From Armatimonadota bacterium (GTDB lineage: Bacteria > Sysuimicrobiota > Sysuimicrobiia > Sysuimicrobiales > Humicultoraceae), in NCBI GenBank assembly GCA_037443565.1, contig JBBIOB010000006.1:4300-68299 (forward strand): 64,000 nt of DNA, given 5' to 3'. Under the pieces are notes generated by a model that was given only the letters and a program-made list of their open reading frames with translations, ran no database searches and had not been told where the DNA came from. Below are positions 35,771-45,784 of the stretch, piece after piece; within the stretch, counting starts at the first letter, position 1; every line of letters begins with the position of its first letter. The translations under genes and the position numbers were made by a program.

Positions 35771-36628
35771 ATGGACCAACCCCTGGGGGCCGCGCAGGAC
35801 GAGCAGGCTCCGACGATTCCTGACGTCGAGGACGACCGGTTTTCCTTCTCGAAATTCGCCTCCCACCCGTTCTTCCGCGAGGTCAACGCCTGGCTCGTCT
35901 CACACGCCGGCATTCGGCCGGGCAGCGAGGTCGTCGATCTGGGCTGCGGCCCCGGCGCCGTCACCGAGCTGATCCTCCAGCGGATGGGGATTCCGCCGCT
36001 GGGCCGCGTCTTCGCCATCGACCCGTCGGCGTCGGCGCTGATGCAGGCCGCGCAGCGCATCCGCTCGGCGATCGTCCAGTTCATCCAGGGGACGGCCGAG
36101 CGCGTCGCCCTGCTCGTGCCTCCGGTGGACGCGGTGGTGTTCTGCAACGCGATCCACCTGGTGCAGGATAAGGCGCAGGTCATCGCGGGCGTCGGCAAGA
36201 TCGTGCGGCCGGGCGGGACCTTCGCCTTCAACACGACGTTCTTCGAGGGCGCCTACGCCCACGACACGCCCCGCTTCTACAAGCTCTGGGTATTGCGGGC
36301 CGTGCGGTGGCTGCGCGAGCGCGGGTACGACGTTGCCAAAGGGGTCAAAGCCACGGCGATGCAGTGGGTCTCGCCCGAGGACTATCACGCCATGCTGCAT
36401 GCGCATGGGTTCGATGAGACGCACGTCGAGTACCAGGAGAAGCTGCTGGACTGCCAGGCGTGGGAGGACATCAGCGAGTTCTCCATGTTCATCGAGGGCG
36501 CGCTGCCCGGCGTGCCCCTGGAGATCGGGATGGAAGCCCTCAAGGCCGGCGTGCGGCAGGCCTTCGACGAGCTGAAGCTCCAGGCCGTGCCGCGCATCTG
36601 GCTGCAGGTCGTCGCCCGCCGCACGTGA
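35771..36628 (+). CDS. Class I SAM-dependent methyltransferase
   Basis: VVDLGCGPGAVTELI. Confidence 0.7.
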   Translation: MDQPLGAAQDEQAPTIPDVEDDRFSFSKFASHPFFREVNAWLVSHAGIRPGSEVVDLGCGPGAVTELILQRMGIPPLGRVFAIDPSASALMQAAQRIRSAIVQFIQGTAERVALLVPPVDAVVFCNAIHLVQDKAQVIAGVGKIVRPGGTFAFNTTFFEGAYAHDTPRFYKLWVLRAVRWLRERGYDVAKGVKATAMQWVSPEDYHAMLHAHGFDETHVEYQEKLLDCQAWEDISEFSMFIEGALPGVPLEIGMEALKAGVRQAFDELKLQAVPRIWLQVVARRT

Positions 36629-37395
36629 CGCCCTCGGGCCGCGTTGCCCTGGTGACCGGCGGATCGTCGGGCCTCGGCCGAGGCATGGTCGCCGCCCTCT
36701 CACGATCCGGTGTCCGGGTCGCCTTCACGTACCGGTCCAACGCCGCGGGCGCGCAGGCCCTCGCCGCCGAACTATCGGGCAGCGCTGAGGTCGTGGCGAT
36801 CCAGGGCGATGTCGGCAGCGAGACCGACGTCGCGCGCATCATCGGCGAGACCGTCGCCCGGTTCGGCGGCCTCGACATCCTGGTCAACAACGCGGGCATC
36901 ACACGCGACACGCTGGTGATGCGCATGTCCCAGGAAGACTGGCACGCGGTCATCGACACCAACCTGACCGGGGCCGTGCGCTGCTGCCGGCATGCGTTGC
37001 CCTACCTGCTGCGGAGCTCGGCCGGCCGCATCATCAACATGGCTTCGATCGCCGGGATTGCCGGCAGCGCCGGACAGGCCAACTACTCCGCGGCCAAGGC
37101 GGCGCTCATCGGACTGACGGGCGTGCTGGCCCGCGAGCTGGCGCCCAAAGGCATCACGGTCAACACCGTGGCGCCCGGCGCCATCGATGCCGGCATCGTC
37201 GCGGGGCTTCCGGAGGACCTGCGCCGGAAGCTGATCGAGGTCATCCCGATGGGCCGGATGGGGACGACCGACGACGTGGCAGCGCTGGTGGTCTTCCTCG
37301 CCGGACCCGACGCCGGCTACATCACCGGCCAGACCATCGCGGTCGACGGCGGCACGACCGCCGGGGGCATCGAGACCGTTCAGTCCACGGGATAG
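36625..37395 (+). CDS. SDR-family oxidoreductase (3-oxoacyl-ACP reductase-like)
   Basis: TGGSSGLGRG; NNAG; Y..AAK. GTG start overlaps the methyltransferase stop (GTGA). Confidence 0.8.
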   Translation: MTPSGRVALVTGGSSGLGRGMVAALSRSGVRVAFTYRSNAAGAQALAAELSGSAEVVAIQGDVGSETDVARIIGETVARFGGLDILVNNAGITRDTLVMRMSQEDWHAVIDTNLTGAVRCCRHALPYLLRSSAGRIINMASIAGIAGSAGQANYSAAKAALIGLTGVLARELAPKGITVNTVAPGAIDAGIVAGLPEDLRRKLIEVIPMGRMGTTDDVAALVVFLAGPDAGYITGQTIAVDGGTTAGGIETVQSTG

Positions 37396-38162
37396 ACCGC
37401 GCCGTCCTCCGGCATGTCCACAGGCCCGGCGAACGTCGCCCGCGCCTCCATGACCCAGTGCTCGGGATCCGCGTAGTCGGCCAGGTGCACGAGCACCAGG
37501 CGCTTCGCGTTCGCCTGCGAGGCCAGCCGGCCGGCCTGCGCGGCGGTGGTGTGCCCGCCCGCCTGCGCGGCGTCGGCTTCGATCTCCGCGTAGGTGGCCT
37601 CGTGCACGTACAGGTCGGCGCCGCGGCCGAACTCCGCCAGCGCGTCCAGCGGCCGGGTGTCGGTCGAGTACAGCACCCGGTGCCCCTGCGGCGTGTCCCA
37701 GCGGATCGCGAACGCCGGTGGCCCGTGGTCCACGGCGTGCGCGTAGAACCGGTGTCCCGTGTGCTCGAAGAACGGCGCCGTCGGATCGGCCGGCAGGACG
37801 CGAAGCTCCACGAACGCGGCCCGTTCGTCGAGGTTGAACAACGTCAGCAGTGTCCGCAGGGTGCCGTGATCGTCCGCCGGCGCATAGACGGGCAGGTGCG
37901 GCGCAGGCACGTCCCGGTCCATCATCCACATGTTGTGAATCAGCGACGGGAAGCCGTACACATGATCCGGGTGTGTGTGCGTGATGACCACAGCGGCCAG
38001 ACGCATGGGATCGATCCCCGCCCGCAGGAGCTTGAGATAGGGGCTGCCGGGACAGTCCACGAGCACCGCCCGGTCGTCCATCTGGCAGGCGAGCGAGGTG
38101 TTGTCGCGGCGCGCCGTCTGCATGGCACCGCCCGTCCCCAGGACCACGAGCGCCGCGCTCAC
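37380..38162 (-). CDS. MBL-fold metallo-hydrolase
   Basis: ITHTHPDH motif. Confidence 0.7.
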   Translation of the reverse strand: MSAALVVLGTGGAMQTARRDNTSLACQMDDRAVLVDCPGSPYLKLLRAGIDPMRLAAVVITHTHPDHVYGFPSLIHNMWMMDRDVPAPHLPVYAPADDHGTLRTLLTLFNLDERAAFVELRVLPADPTAPFFEHTGHRFYAHAVDHGPPAFAIRWDTPQGHRVLYSTDTRPLDALAEFGRGADLYVHEATYAEIEADAAQAGGHTTAAQAGRLASQANAKRLVLVHLADYADPEHWVMEARATFAGPVDMPEDGAVYPVD

Positions 38163-38764
38163 TGGTGTACCACCTCCAGGAGTCTGGCCAGATCGGCATC
38201 CCCGCCCACGCGGTAGAATGGAACACTGTGGGCGGTCGCCACCGACTCGTCGTACGGAGTATCTCCGACAAAGAGGACCACGGCCCGACCCTGACCGCGC
38301 AGACGGCCGAGCGTCCGGTCCTTGTCACCGCCCTCGATCTCGACGAAGAACCCCGCCAAACCCCGGCGCTCGGCATCGGCCAGCAGGCTGTCATGGGGCA
38401 GGCCGCTGGTCAGGACGAGATCGTAGCGGCCGCCGAGACTCTCCAGCACGCGGCGCGTCGAGGGGAACTCCGGCATCACATCCGCGGTCTCGGCACTGTA
38501 CGCTGAGAAGCGCTCGGAGAGCATCTTGCTCTCGGCGTCACCGATAAGTCGGCCGAGGTCTTCCGCAGTCTGGGCAAACTGGACAAACCGGCTGGCACCG
38601 CTCGTGCGCGTGAAGGACGCCTCAACCAGCGCCCGGTGCGCCTCACCCAACCGGAACACGTCGGCCACTGCCCGCCAGTACGCTGTCCGCTTCGCGGCAA
38701 ACGTATCCACTAGTGTGCCGTCATAGTCGAAGACGACGGTGGGCCGGCTCACCGCAGCATCCAC
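38159..38764 (-). CDS. HAD-family hydrolase
   Basis: VVFDYDGTLVDT (HAD motif I); GDTPYD. Confidence 0.7.
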   Translation of the reverse strand: MDAAVSRPTVVFDYDGTLVDTFAAKRTAYWRAVADVFRLGEAHRALVEASFTRTSGASRFVQFAQTAEDLGRLIGDAESKMLSERFSAYSAETADVMPEFPSTRRVLESLGGRYDLVLTSGLPHDSLLADAERRGLAGFFVEIEGGDKDRTLGRLRGQGRAVVLFVGDTPYDESVATAHSVPFYRVGGDADLARLLEVVHQ

Positions 38765-39579
38765 GCGTGCGCGGGATCGTCGTTCCAGGCGCCGTAGTCC
38801 ACCCGGTCGCCCGAGATCGCCCAGAGATACGTAAGCTCGTAGCCGCCGCCGGCCACTACGGGATGATACCCGCGGGGGATGACGACGGTGTCGCCGTCGC
38901 GCACGCGGTAGATGCGCTCGAACGGCTGTGGCGCCTCGGGCGGTGTGTAGACCATCTGCAGCCCGAACCCGCCGGACGGCCGGACGAAGTAGTGGTACAC
39001 CTCTTCCATGGGGACCTCGCGGCCCGGCACCTCGGCGTCGTGTTTGTGCGGCGGGTAGCTCGACCAGTACCCCGGCCGGTTGATCGTCTCGCCGATGAGC
39101 AGCCGGCTGGCGACCGTCTGGTCCACGACGCTGAAGACCCGGCGTGACCAGGCGTCTCTCCCCACGCTGCGCATGCTGACCTCGGCGGCGTCGATGCGCC
39201 GGAGCCGGCGGGCGTCCGCAGGGGGTGCTGCGAAGAGCGCCAGGCGGGAACCCCCGCGGGGGCTCGCCAGCCCCAGCCGCGCTCCCGGCGGCAGATACAG
39301 CGCGGACGGCGGACCGTCGAAGATCGCCGGCCGCGAATCCAGCAGGCCTTCCAGCGTCCCGGCGCCGCCTGCGACCGTGAACTCGCAGACACCGCCGATC
39401 AGATAGAGCACCGCCTCGCGGTCGCGCGACTCCCAGACGAGCGGCGCGCCGCCGGCGTCAAGCGAGACAAGCGCGAACTCGAGGTGCCGGAGCGGGCTTG
39501 CGGGCGCGCGCGCGATGGGCTGGATTCCCGCCGCCCGCGGACCCGCGGGGATGTGCTGGCTCTCGAACAGTCCGGTCAT
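38749..39579 (-). CDS. iolB: 5-deoxy-glucuronate isomerase (IolB family, cupin)
   Basis: GYWSSYPPHKHD and WNDDPAHAWMLR match the IolB hallmark motifs (GNWSSYPPHKHD, HNDPAHEWI). Confidence 0.75.
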   Translation of the reverse strand: MTGLFESQHIPAGPRAAGIQPIARAPASPLRHLEFALVSLDAGGAPLVWESRDREAVLYLIGGVCEFTVAGGAGTLEGLLDSRPAIFDGPPSALYLPPGARLGLASPRGGSRLALFAAPPADARRLRRIDAAEVSMRSVGRDAWSRRVFSVVDQTVASRLLIGETINRPGYWSSYPPHKHDAEVPGREVPMEEVYHYFVRPSGGFGLQMVYTPPEAPQPFERIYRVRDGDTVVIPRGYHPVVAGGGYELTYLWAISGDRVDYGAWNDDPAHAWMLR

Positions 39580-41066
39580 GCTGCCCCTCCGGTGGTGGCC
39601 CTGCGGCGCTGCGCCGCGACCTGCCGGACCAGCGAGATGGCGCCCGCGGCCAGGAGGAGCGCGGCCAGCGGCCGGGTGACAAACACGGTCAGATCGCCTC
39701 CAGTGATGATCATCGCGCGGCGGAACTCCGACTCCATCATACCGCCGAGCACCAAACCCAGAATCAGCGGGATCAGCGGGTAGCCCGCGCGCTTCAGGAC
39801 GAATCCGGCCAGGCCTGCGGCCACCGCGACCACGGCGTCGAACATCCAGCCGTTGAGCGCGTAGGCGCCCAGCACCGACAACATGACAACGATCGGCGTC
39901 ATCATCGCGGGGGGAACACTGAGCGCCTTGATGAACAGCCGAATCCCACCGAGCTGAAAGACGCAGGTCGTGAGGTTGGCCGCGATCATGGCGAATACCA
40001 CCGCGTAGATGAAGTGCGGCTGAAAGGAGAACAGCAGCGGGCCCGGTGTCACACCGTGGATGACCAGTGCGGCCAGGATCGGCACAGCCGCCGATTCGCC
40101 CGGGAGGGCCAGGGTGAGCGTAGGGATCAGCCCGCCGCCGATGCAGGCATTGTTGGCCACCTCGGGCGCGACCACGCCTTCGAGCCGACCGGTCCCGAAC
40201 TCCTCGGGCCGATCCGAAAGCTGCTTGGCGCGCTCATACGCGAGCACCACGGCCACGCTGGCGCCGGCGCCCGGCAGGAGCCCGACCAGTGTCCCGATCC
40301 AGCTCGACTCGAGGATCAGCCGCGCCATGCGCCGCAGGTGCTCCAGGCTCGGGAACAGACGCCCGATCTGCTGGGTCACCATCCGGCCGAACCCGGCGAG
40401 CCGCCCCGCGTCGTCCAGGGCCTGGGTGATTCCGAACATGCCGATGAGCACCGGCACCAGCCCGATACCGTTGGCGAGGAAGGGGTTCTCGAACGTGAAC
40501 CGCCTGGCGCCGGTCATGGTGTCGATACCGACAGTGGACAGCAGGACGCCCGCGGCGCCCATCACCAGGCCTTTCAGCAGCGAAGGGCCAGACACGCTCG
40601 CAATGATGGTGAGGCTGGCCACCGCCAGGGCGAAGTACTCTGCCGGCCCGAACAACAGCGAGAATCGCGCCAGCGCCGGGGACGCTGCTAGCAGCGCGGC
40701 GGTGCTGATGACGCCGCCGATGAACGAGCCGATGACCGCGCCACCCAGCGCGACGCCCGCCTGTCCCCTGCGGGCCAGAGGGAACCCGTCGAACACCGTG
40801 GCGATCGCGTTGGGATTCCCCGGGATGCCGAAGAGGATCGCCGGGATCGACGCGCCCGTCACCGCCCCGAAGTAGAGGCCGAGCATCAAGCTGATGGCGG
40901 TCAGGCTGTCCAGGTGAATGGTAATCGGCAGGAAGAGCGCCAGTCCCATGGTAGCGGTCAGGCCCGGGAGGGCGCCCATGAAGATGCCCACGATGTCGCC
41001 GACGATGATCCACAGCAGCGTGGTCGGCTGCAGGACGAACTCCAAACCCTGGATGAGCGGGGCCAT
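39576..41066 (-). CDS. tctA: Tripartite tricarboxylate transporter permease
   Basis: 496 aa polytopic protein with typical TctA repeats. Confidence 0.85.
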   Translation of the reverse strand: MAPLIQGLEFVLQPTTLLWIIVGDIVGIFMGALPGLTATMGLALFLPITIHLDSLTAISLMLGLYFGAVTGASIPAILFGIPGNPNAIATVFDGFPLARRGQAGVALGGAVIGSFIGGVISTAALLAASPALARFSLLFGPAEYFALAVASLTIIASVSGPSLLKGLVMGAAGVLLSTVGIDTMTGARRFTFENPFLANGIGLVPVLIGMFGITQALDDAGRLAGFGRMVTQQIGRLFPSLEHLRRMARLILESSWIGTLVGLLPGAGASVAVVLAYERAKQLSDRPEEFGTGRLEGVVAPEVANNACIGGGLIPTLTLALPGESAAVPILAALVIHGVTPGPLLFSFQPHFIYAVVFAMIAANLTTCVFQLGGIRLFIKALSVPPAMMTPIVVMLSVLGAYALNGWMFDAVVAVAAGLAGFVLKRAGYPLIPLILGLVLGGMMESEFRRAMIITGGDLTVFVTRPLAALLLAAGAISLVRQVAAQRRRATTGGAA

Positions 41067-41067
41067 C

Positions 41068-41526
41068 TCAGATCCCGAACGGACCGGTTGGCAGCACGAC
41101 GTCGAAGAGGCGGCCGAAGATGTACCAGGCGGCCAGCGCCACGCCCGCCGCCACCAGGATGTGGGTCAGCGTCGCGAGTCTGCGGGGGCGGTCCAGGTAC
41201 CTCGACATGGCGCCGAGGAAGAGCGCCGTGGGCACGACAAATCCCGCGACGGTCAGCAGCGCCAGGTACCCCACCGTCGCCGCTGCAAGGACTCCGGAAG
41301 CTGGTGACGATCCTGCGGGCTCCGCCGCTGCCGCGCGTCCCCTGGCCTCGGCGGCCGCCACCAGGCCCGCGCCAAGCGCCACGACAATCGCGGAGGCCAC
41401 GGGAAACGCCTGCGGCCCCGGGTCGCCGCGGACGTGACGGCTCGCGATCCCCTGCGCCAGAATGATGGCGGCGACCGCCAAGGCGGCTGCCGCCGCGCTC
41501 GTGGCCAGCCGCGCGCGAAGGCTCAC
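41068..41526 (-). CDS. tctB: Tripartite tricarboxylate transporter small membrane subunit
   Basis: About 150 aa with four TMs. GTG overlaps the tctC stop (GTGA). Lies between tctC and tctA. Confidence 0.6.
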   Translation of the reverse strand: MSLRARLATSAAAAALAVAAIILAQGIASRHVRGDPGPQAFPVASAIVVALGAGLVAAAEARGRAAAAEPAGSSPASGVLAAATVGYLALLTVAGFVVPTALFLGAMSRYLDRPRRLATLTHILVAAGVALAAWYIFGRLFDVVLPTGPFGI

Positions 41527-42509
41527 TTCATCAGGCCGACCTGGCGGAGCAGCTTCGAGAGGTCGAGCGTCAGGACCGCCATGTAGCGCTCGAGTTCCTC
41601 GTTCACCATGTAGGTCTTCACCAGGCCGTTCTGGCGGGAGAACGCGATCCAGTCGGGATCGTTCATCGCCCGGCCGACCGCTGCCGCGATGGCGCGCCTG
41701 GCCTCCATCGAAATCCCCTTCGGGCCGCTGATCGCCCGGAAGCTGCCCTGTGGAATGCCCTTGAATCCAAGCTCCTCCATGGTCGGCGTCTGTGGAAAGA
41801 GCGGCGTCCGGCGCGTGCTGGTGACGGCGATCGGCCGGATGCGCCCCGCCTGAGCGGCCACCTCCGACTGCGAGAACACACCCGAGGTCACGACGTTGCC
41901 CAATAGCCCTGCGATCAGACGCGCGCCGCCGTCGAACGGCACTACGGTCCATGGATTGCCTGTGGCCTTGTTGAGCGCCTCCGCGGTCAGGTGGGTCAAG
42001 GCCCCCACGCCGGCGTGGCCGATTGTGATCTTGCCGGGGCTCTGCTTGCCGGCGTCGATCAGGTCCTTGAGCGTCTGATACGGCGACCCGTCGAGCACGC
42101 CGATCACGAAGGCGTCCCAGTTGAGGCTCGCGATGTGATCGAACTGCACGATCGAGCCGGAGGCCAGACCCTGCAGCGTTGCGGTCACGGTGTGCGTGCC
42201 CGACAGCAGCAGCGTGTGGCCGTCGGGGCGGGCGCGCTGCACCTCGTTGGTCCCGATGCCGCTGCCGGCACCCGGCATGTTGCGGATCGTGATGGGAGGC
42301 TCGATGAACCGCTGCATTGCCCGCTGGAGCTGCCGGGCGATGATATCGGTTCCACCGCCGGCACCGAACGGCACCACGAGGGTCACCGGGCGGCCCTCGG
42401 GCCACGCCGCGGGCGCCGCGCCTACGCCCTGCGCGGCGACCGCTGCGGTGAGCGTCCACACCATTAGTGCACACAGCACCCCACGGCTCACTTCAGACAC
42501 CTCCAGCAC
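41523..42509 (-). CDS. tctC: Tripartite tricarboxylate transporter substrate-binding protein (Bug family)
   Basis: Signal peptide; ...PFGAGGGTDIIAR... Confidence 0.8.
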   Translation of the reverse strand: MLEVSEVSRGVLCALMVWTLTAAVAAQGVGAAPAAWPEGRPVTLVVPFGAGGGTDIIARQLQRAMQRFIEPPITIRNMPGAGSGIGTNEVQRARPDGHTLLLSGTHTVTATLQGLASGSIVQFDHIASLNWDAFVIGVLDGSPYQTLKDLIDAGKQSPGKITIGHAGVGALTHLTAEALNKATGNPWTVVPFDGGARLIAGLLGNVVTSGVFSQSEVAAQAGRIRPIAVTSTRRTPLFPQTPTMEELGFKGIPQGSFRAISGPKGISMEARRAIAAAVGRAMNDPDWIAFSRQNGLVKTYMVNEELERYMAVLTLDLSKLLRQVGLMK

Positions 42510-42562
42510 AACGCCCCGTTCGATGACCTACTTCTGGGATCTCCGACGGCCGTCCTGCAGGC

Positions 42563-45500
42563 TCAGCGGCCAAGCGGCACCGGCTCGCCCGCGTGATCGG
42601 ACGCGAACGCCTCGACCAGCGCACGGGCGGAATCGAGTGATGTCACCGCCGGCACGTTGAGCTCGAAGGCGACCCGCCGCAGGGCGAACCCGAGCCGGTC
42701 GGGACTGTGCCCCTGGGTAGGCGTGTTCACCACCACGCCGACAGCGCCGTCGTGCACCAGCGCGACCGCGCTGTCGTTGTCCACCGCCCTGACCTGTAGG
42801 CCCCTCGCCCTCAAAGCTGCCGCGGTACCCGATGTCGCGACCAGCGCGAAGCCTGCGGCGTGCGCGGCAGCCGCCAGGTCGGCCGCCTCCGCCTTGTCGC
42901 GATCGGAAACCGAGAGCAGCAGCGTTCGCCGTGGACGCAGCGGGACGCCTGCCGCGACCAGCGCCTTGCGCAGCGCCGCCGCCGGCGTGGGGCCGATCCC
43001 CATGACCTCGCCGGTGGACCGCATCTCGGGCCCCAGCAGCGGGTCGGCGCCGAACAGCTTCCCGCTGGAGAAGACCGGCGCCTTCGCCGCCCAGCGTGGC
43101 GGCGCCGGGAGCAGCGTCACGCCGGCATAGCCGAACTCGGCCAGCGACCGGCCCAGCATCACCTCTGTGGCCAGCCGCACCAGAGGGACGCCGGTGGCCT
43201 TGCTCACGAAGGGCACCGTTCGGCTCGCCCGCAGGTTGACCTCGAGGACGTAAGGCCGCCCCTGCCAGATCACGCACTGAATGTTGAGGAAGCCCCGCAC
43301 CTGCAGCGCCCAGGAGAGACGCGCCGCGTAGTCCACGATGACGCGGGCCGCGTCGGGATGGACCGAGCGCGCCGGCAGGAGTGTCAGGCTGTCGCCGGAG
43401 TGCACGCCGGCGCGCTCGATCTGCTCCATGAGCGCCGGGATCAGGAGGTTCGTGCCGTCGGCGACCGCGTCGAGCTCGACCTCCAGCCCCTCGAGATACC
43501 GGTCGAGCAGCACCGGCCCGGACTCCGTCGCCAGCGCCAGACGCGCGGCATCTGTGATCTCACCTACCGTCCGCGCGATCACCATGCCGCGGCCGCCGAG
43601 CACGTACGAAGGACGGACCAGCAGCGGCGGCCCCTCGCACTCGGCGACCATCGCCGCCTCGGCCACGGTGGCCGCGGTCCAGCCCGAGGGCTGGGGGATG
43701 CTCAGCTCGCGCAGCAGCGCGGCAAACTTGCGGCGGTCTTCGGAGACGTCGAGGGCCTCGGGCGAGGTGCCCAGGATCCGCACGCCCGCGCGCGCGAGCG
43801 GCACAGCGGCGGCCAGCGGCGTCTGCCCCCCAAACTGCACCAGCACGCCAGGTGCACCCTCGCGCTCCACGACCGACTGGACATCTTCCGGCGAGAGCGG
43901 CTCCATGTAGAGGCGGTTGGAGATGTCGAAGTCGGTGGACAGGGTCTCGGGGTTGTTGTTGATGACCACCGCCTCCCACCCGGCCTGCTTGATCGCCTGG
44001 ATGCCGTGCACGGTACAGTAGTCGAACTCGATCCCCTGGCCGATGCGGATCGGACCGGAGCCCAGGATCACGACCGCGCGCGTTCGCGCCGGCGGCACCT
44101 CGTCCTCGTCTTCGAAGGTGCTGTAGTAGTAAGGAGTCTGCGACGGGAACTCAGCCGCGCACGTGTCCACGCACTTGTAGGTCGGCCGCAGGCCGAGGCG
44201 GATCCGCTGTGCCCGGACGTCGCGGGGAACGCGGCCGGAGAACTGCGCGATCGTCCGGTCGTCGAACCCCATGCGCAGCAACCGAACCATCTGCTCCTGA
44301 TCAGCGTCGGGGCCCAGCCGGCGCGCTTCATCCTCGGCCGCCACGACGCGTCCGATGGCCCCGAGGAAGTAGCGATCGATCCGGCTCGCCGCCTCCAACG
44401 TGTCGACGGACGCTCCGCGCCGCAGGGCCTCGGCCAGCGCAAAGAGGCGGTGCTCGTGAGGGGAGCGGATGCGCTCCCAGAGATCCTCTTCGCTCCACTG
44501 CTCTGTCATACGGTGCCACAGCCCCAGCGCTCCGACATCGAGCGAGCGCACACCTTTCATCAACGCCTCTTCGAAGGTGCGCCCAAGCGCCATCGCCTCG
44601 CCGGTGGACTTCATCTGCGTGCCGAGGACGCGGCTCACACCCGGGAACTTGTCGAACGGCCAGCGCGGGATCTTGATGACGACGTAGTCGAGCGCCGGCT
44701 CGAAGCAGGCGGTGCCGCCGGTGATGGCGTTGGCGATCTCATCCAGCCGCCGGCCCAATGCGAGTTGCGCGGCGACCCGGGCAATTGGATAGCCGGTCGC
44801 CTTGCTGGCCAGGGCGCTGGACCGGCTCACGCGGGGGTTGACCTCGATGACGTAGTAGTCCGGGGCACCCGCGCGGTCCCGCGGCACGCCGTCGGCGTGA
44901 GGCCCGGCGCACGCCGGTGCGAACGCGAACTGCACGTTGCACGCGCCCACGATGTTCAGCGCCCGGACGATCCGCAGGGCCGCGCTGCGCAGCAGATGGT
45001 ACTCGCCGTCGGTCAGCGTCTGGCTCGGCGCCACCACAATGGAGTCGCCCGTATGCACACCCATCGGGTCGATGTTCTCCATGTTGCAGACGACGATGGC
45101 GTTGTCGGCGGCGTCGCGGAGGACCTCATACTCGACCTCCTTCCACCCGGCGATCGACTTCTCCACGAGCACCTGGCCGATGCGGCTCAGCGCCAGACCC
45201 CGGCCTGCGACCGCGCGCACCTCGTCCAGGTCGGCGGCAATCCCGCCGCCGCTGCCGCCCAGGGTGAATGCCGGCCGCACGACCACGGGCAGGCCGAGGC
45301 GCGCGGCGGCCTCGACCGCCTCATCCACCGAGTGCGCCGTGGCCGACGGCGGGAGCGGCTCGCCGAGTGATGCCATCGCGGCCTTGAACAGCGCGCGGTC
45401 TTCGGCCCGGGCAATCGCCTCGAGCGGCGTCCCGAGGACGCGCACGCCGTAGCGGTCGAGCACCCCCCGCTCCGCCAGCGCGGTAGTGAGATTCAAGCCG

Positions 45501-45784
45501 GTCTGACCGCCCATGGTGCCCACGAGCCCATGGGGCCGTTCGACCGCGATGATCTCTTCGACGATCTCGGGCACCAGCGGTTCGATGTAGACGCGGTCGG
45601 CGACCTCTGGGTCGGTCATGATCGTCGCGGGATTGCTATTGATCAGCACCACCTCAAGACCCGCCTCGCGCAGCGCGCGGCACGCCTGCGTGCCCGCGTA
45701 GTCGAACTCGGCGGCCTGGCCGATGATGATCGGCCCGGAGCCGATGATGAGGACCTTGCGCAGACCAGTCCCCGACTCAGGCAT
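42563..45784 (-). CDS. carB: Carbamoyl-phosphate synthase large subunit
   Basis: 1073 aa; KVLIIGSGPIIIGQAAEFDYAGTQA; duplicated ATP-grasp halves; MGS-like C-terminus. Confidence 0.95.
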   Translation of the reverse strand: MPESGTGLRKVLIIGSGPIIIGQAAEFDYAGTQACRALREAGLEVVLINSNPATIMTDPEVADRVYIEPLVPEIVEEIIAVERPHGLVGTMGGQTGLNLTTALAERGVLDRYGVRVLGTPLEAIARAEDRALFKAAMASLGEPLPPSATAHSVDEAVEAAARLGLPVVVRPAFTLGGSGGGIAADLDEVRAVAGRGLALSRIGQVLVEKSIAGWKEVEYEVLRDAADNAIVVCNMENIDPMGVHTGDSIVVAPSQTLTDGEYHLLRSAALRIVRALNIVGACNVQFAFAPACAGPHADGVPRDRAGAPDYYVIEVNPRVSRSSALASKATGYPIARVAAQLALGRRLDEIANAITGGTACFEPALDYVVIKIPRWPFDKFPGVSRVLGTQMKSTGEAMALGRTFEEALMKGVRSLDVGALGLWHRMTEQWSEEDLWERIRSPHEHRLFALAEALRRGASVDTLEAASRIDRYFLGAIGRVVAAEDEARRLGPDADQEQMVRLLRMGFDDRTIAQFSGRVPRDVRAQRIRLGLRPTYKCVDTCAAEFPSQTPYYYSTFEDEDEVPPARTRAVVILGSGPIRIGQGIEFDYCTVHGIQAIKQAGWEAVVINNNPETLSTDFDISNRLYMEPLSPEDVQSVVEREGAPGVLVQFGGQTPLAAAVPLARAGVRILGTSPEALDVSEDRRKFAALLRELSIPQPSGWTAATVAEAAMVAECEGPPLLVRPSYVLGGRGMVIARTVGEITDAARLALATESGPVLLDRYLEGLEVELDAVADGTNLLIPALMEQIERAGVHSGDSLTLLPARSVHPDAARVIVDYAARLSWALQVRGFLNIQCVIWQGRPYVLEVNLRASRTVPFVSKATGVPLVRLATEVMLGRSLAEFGYAGVTLLPAPPRWAAKAPVFSSGKLFGADPLLGPEMRSTGEVMGIGPTPAAALRKALVAAGVPLRPRRTLLLSVSDRDKAEAADLAAAAHAAGFALVATSGTAAALRARGLQVRAVDNDSAVALVHDGAVGVVVNTPTQGHSPDRLGFALRRVAFELNVPAVTSLDSARALVEAFASDHAGEPVPLGR

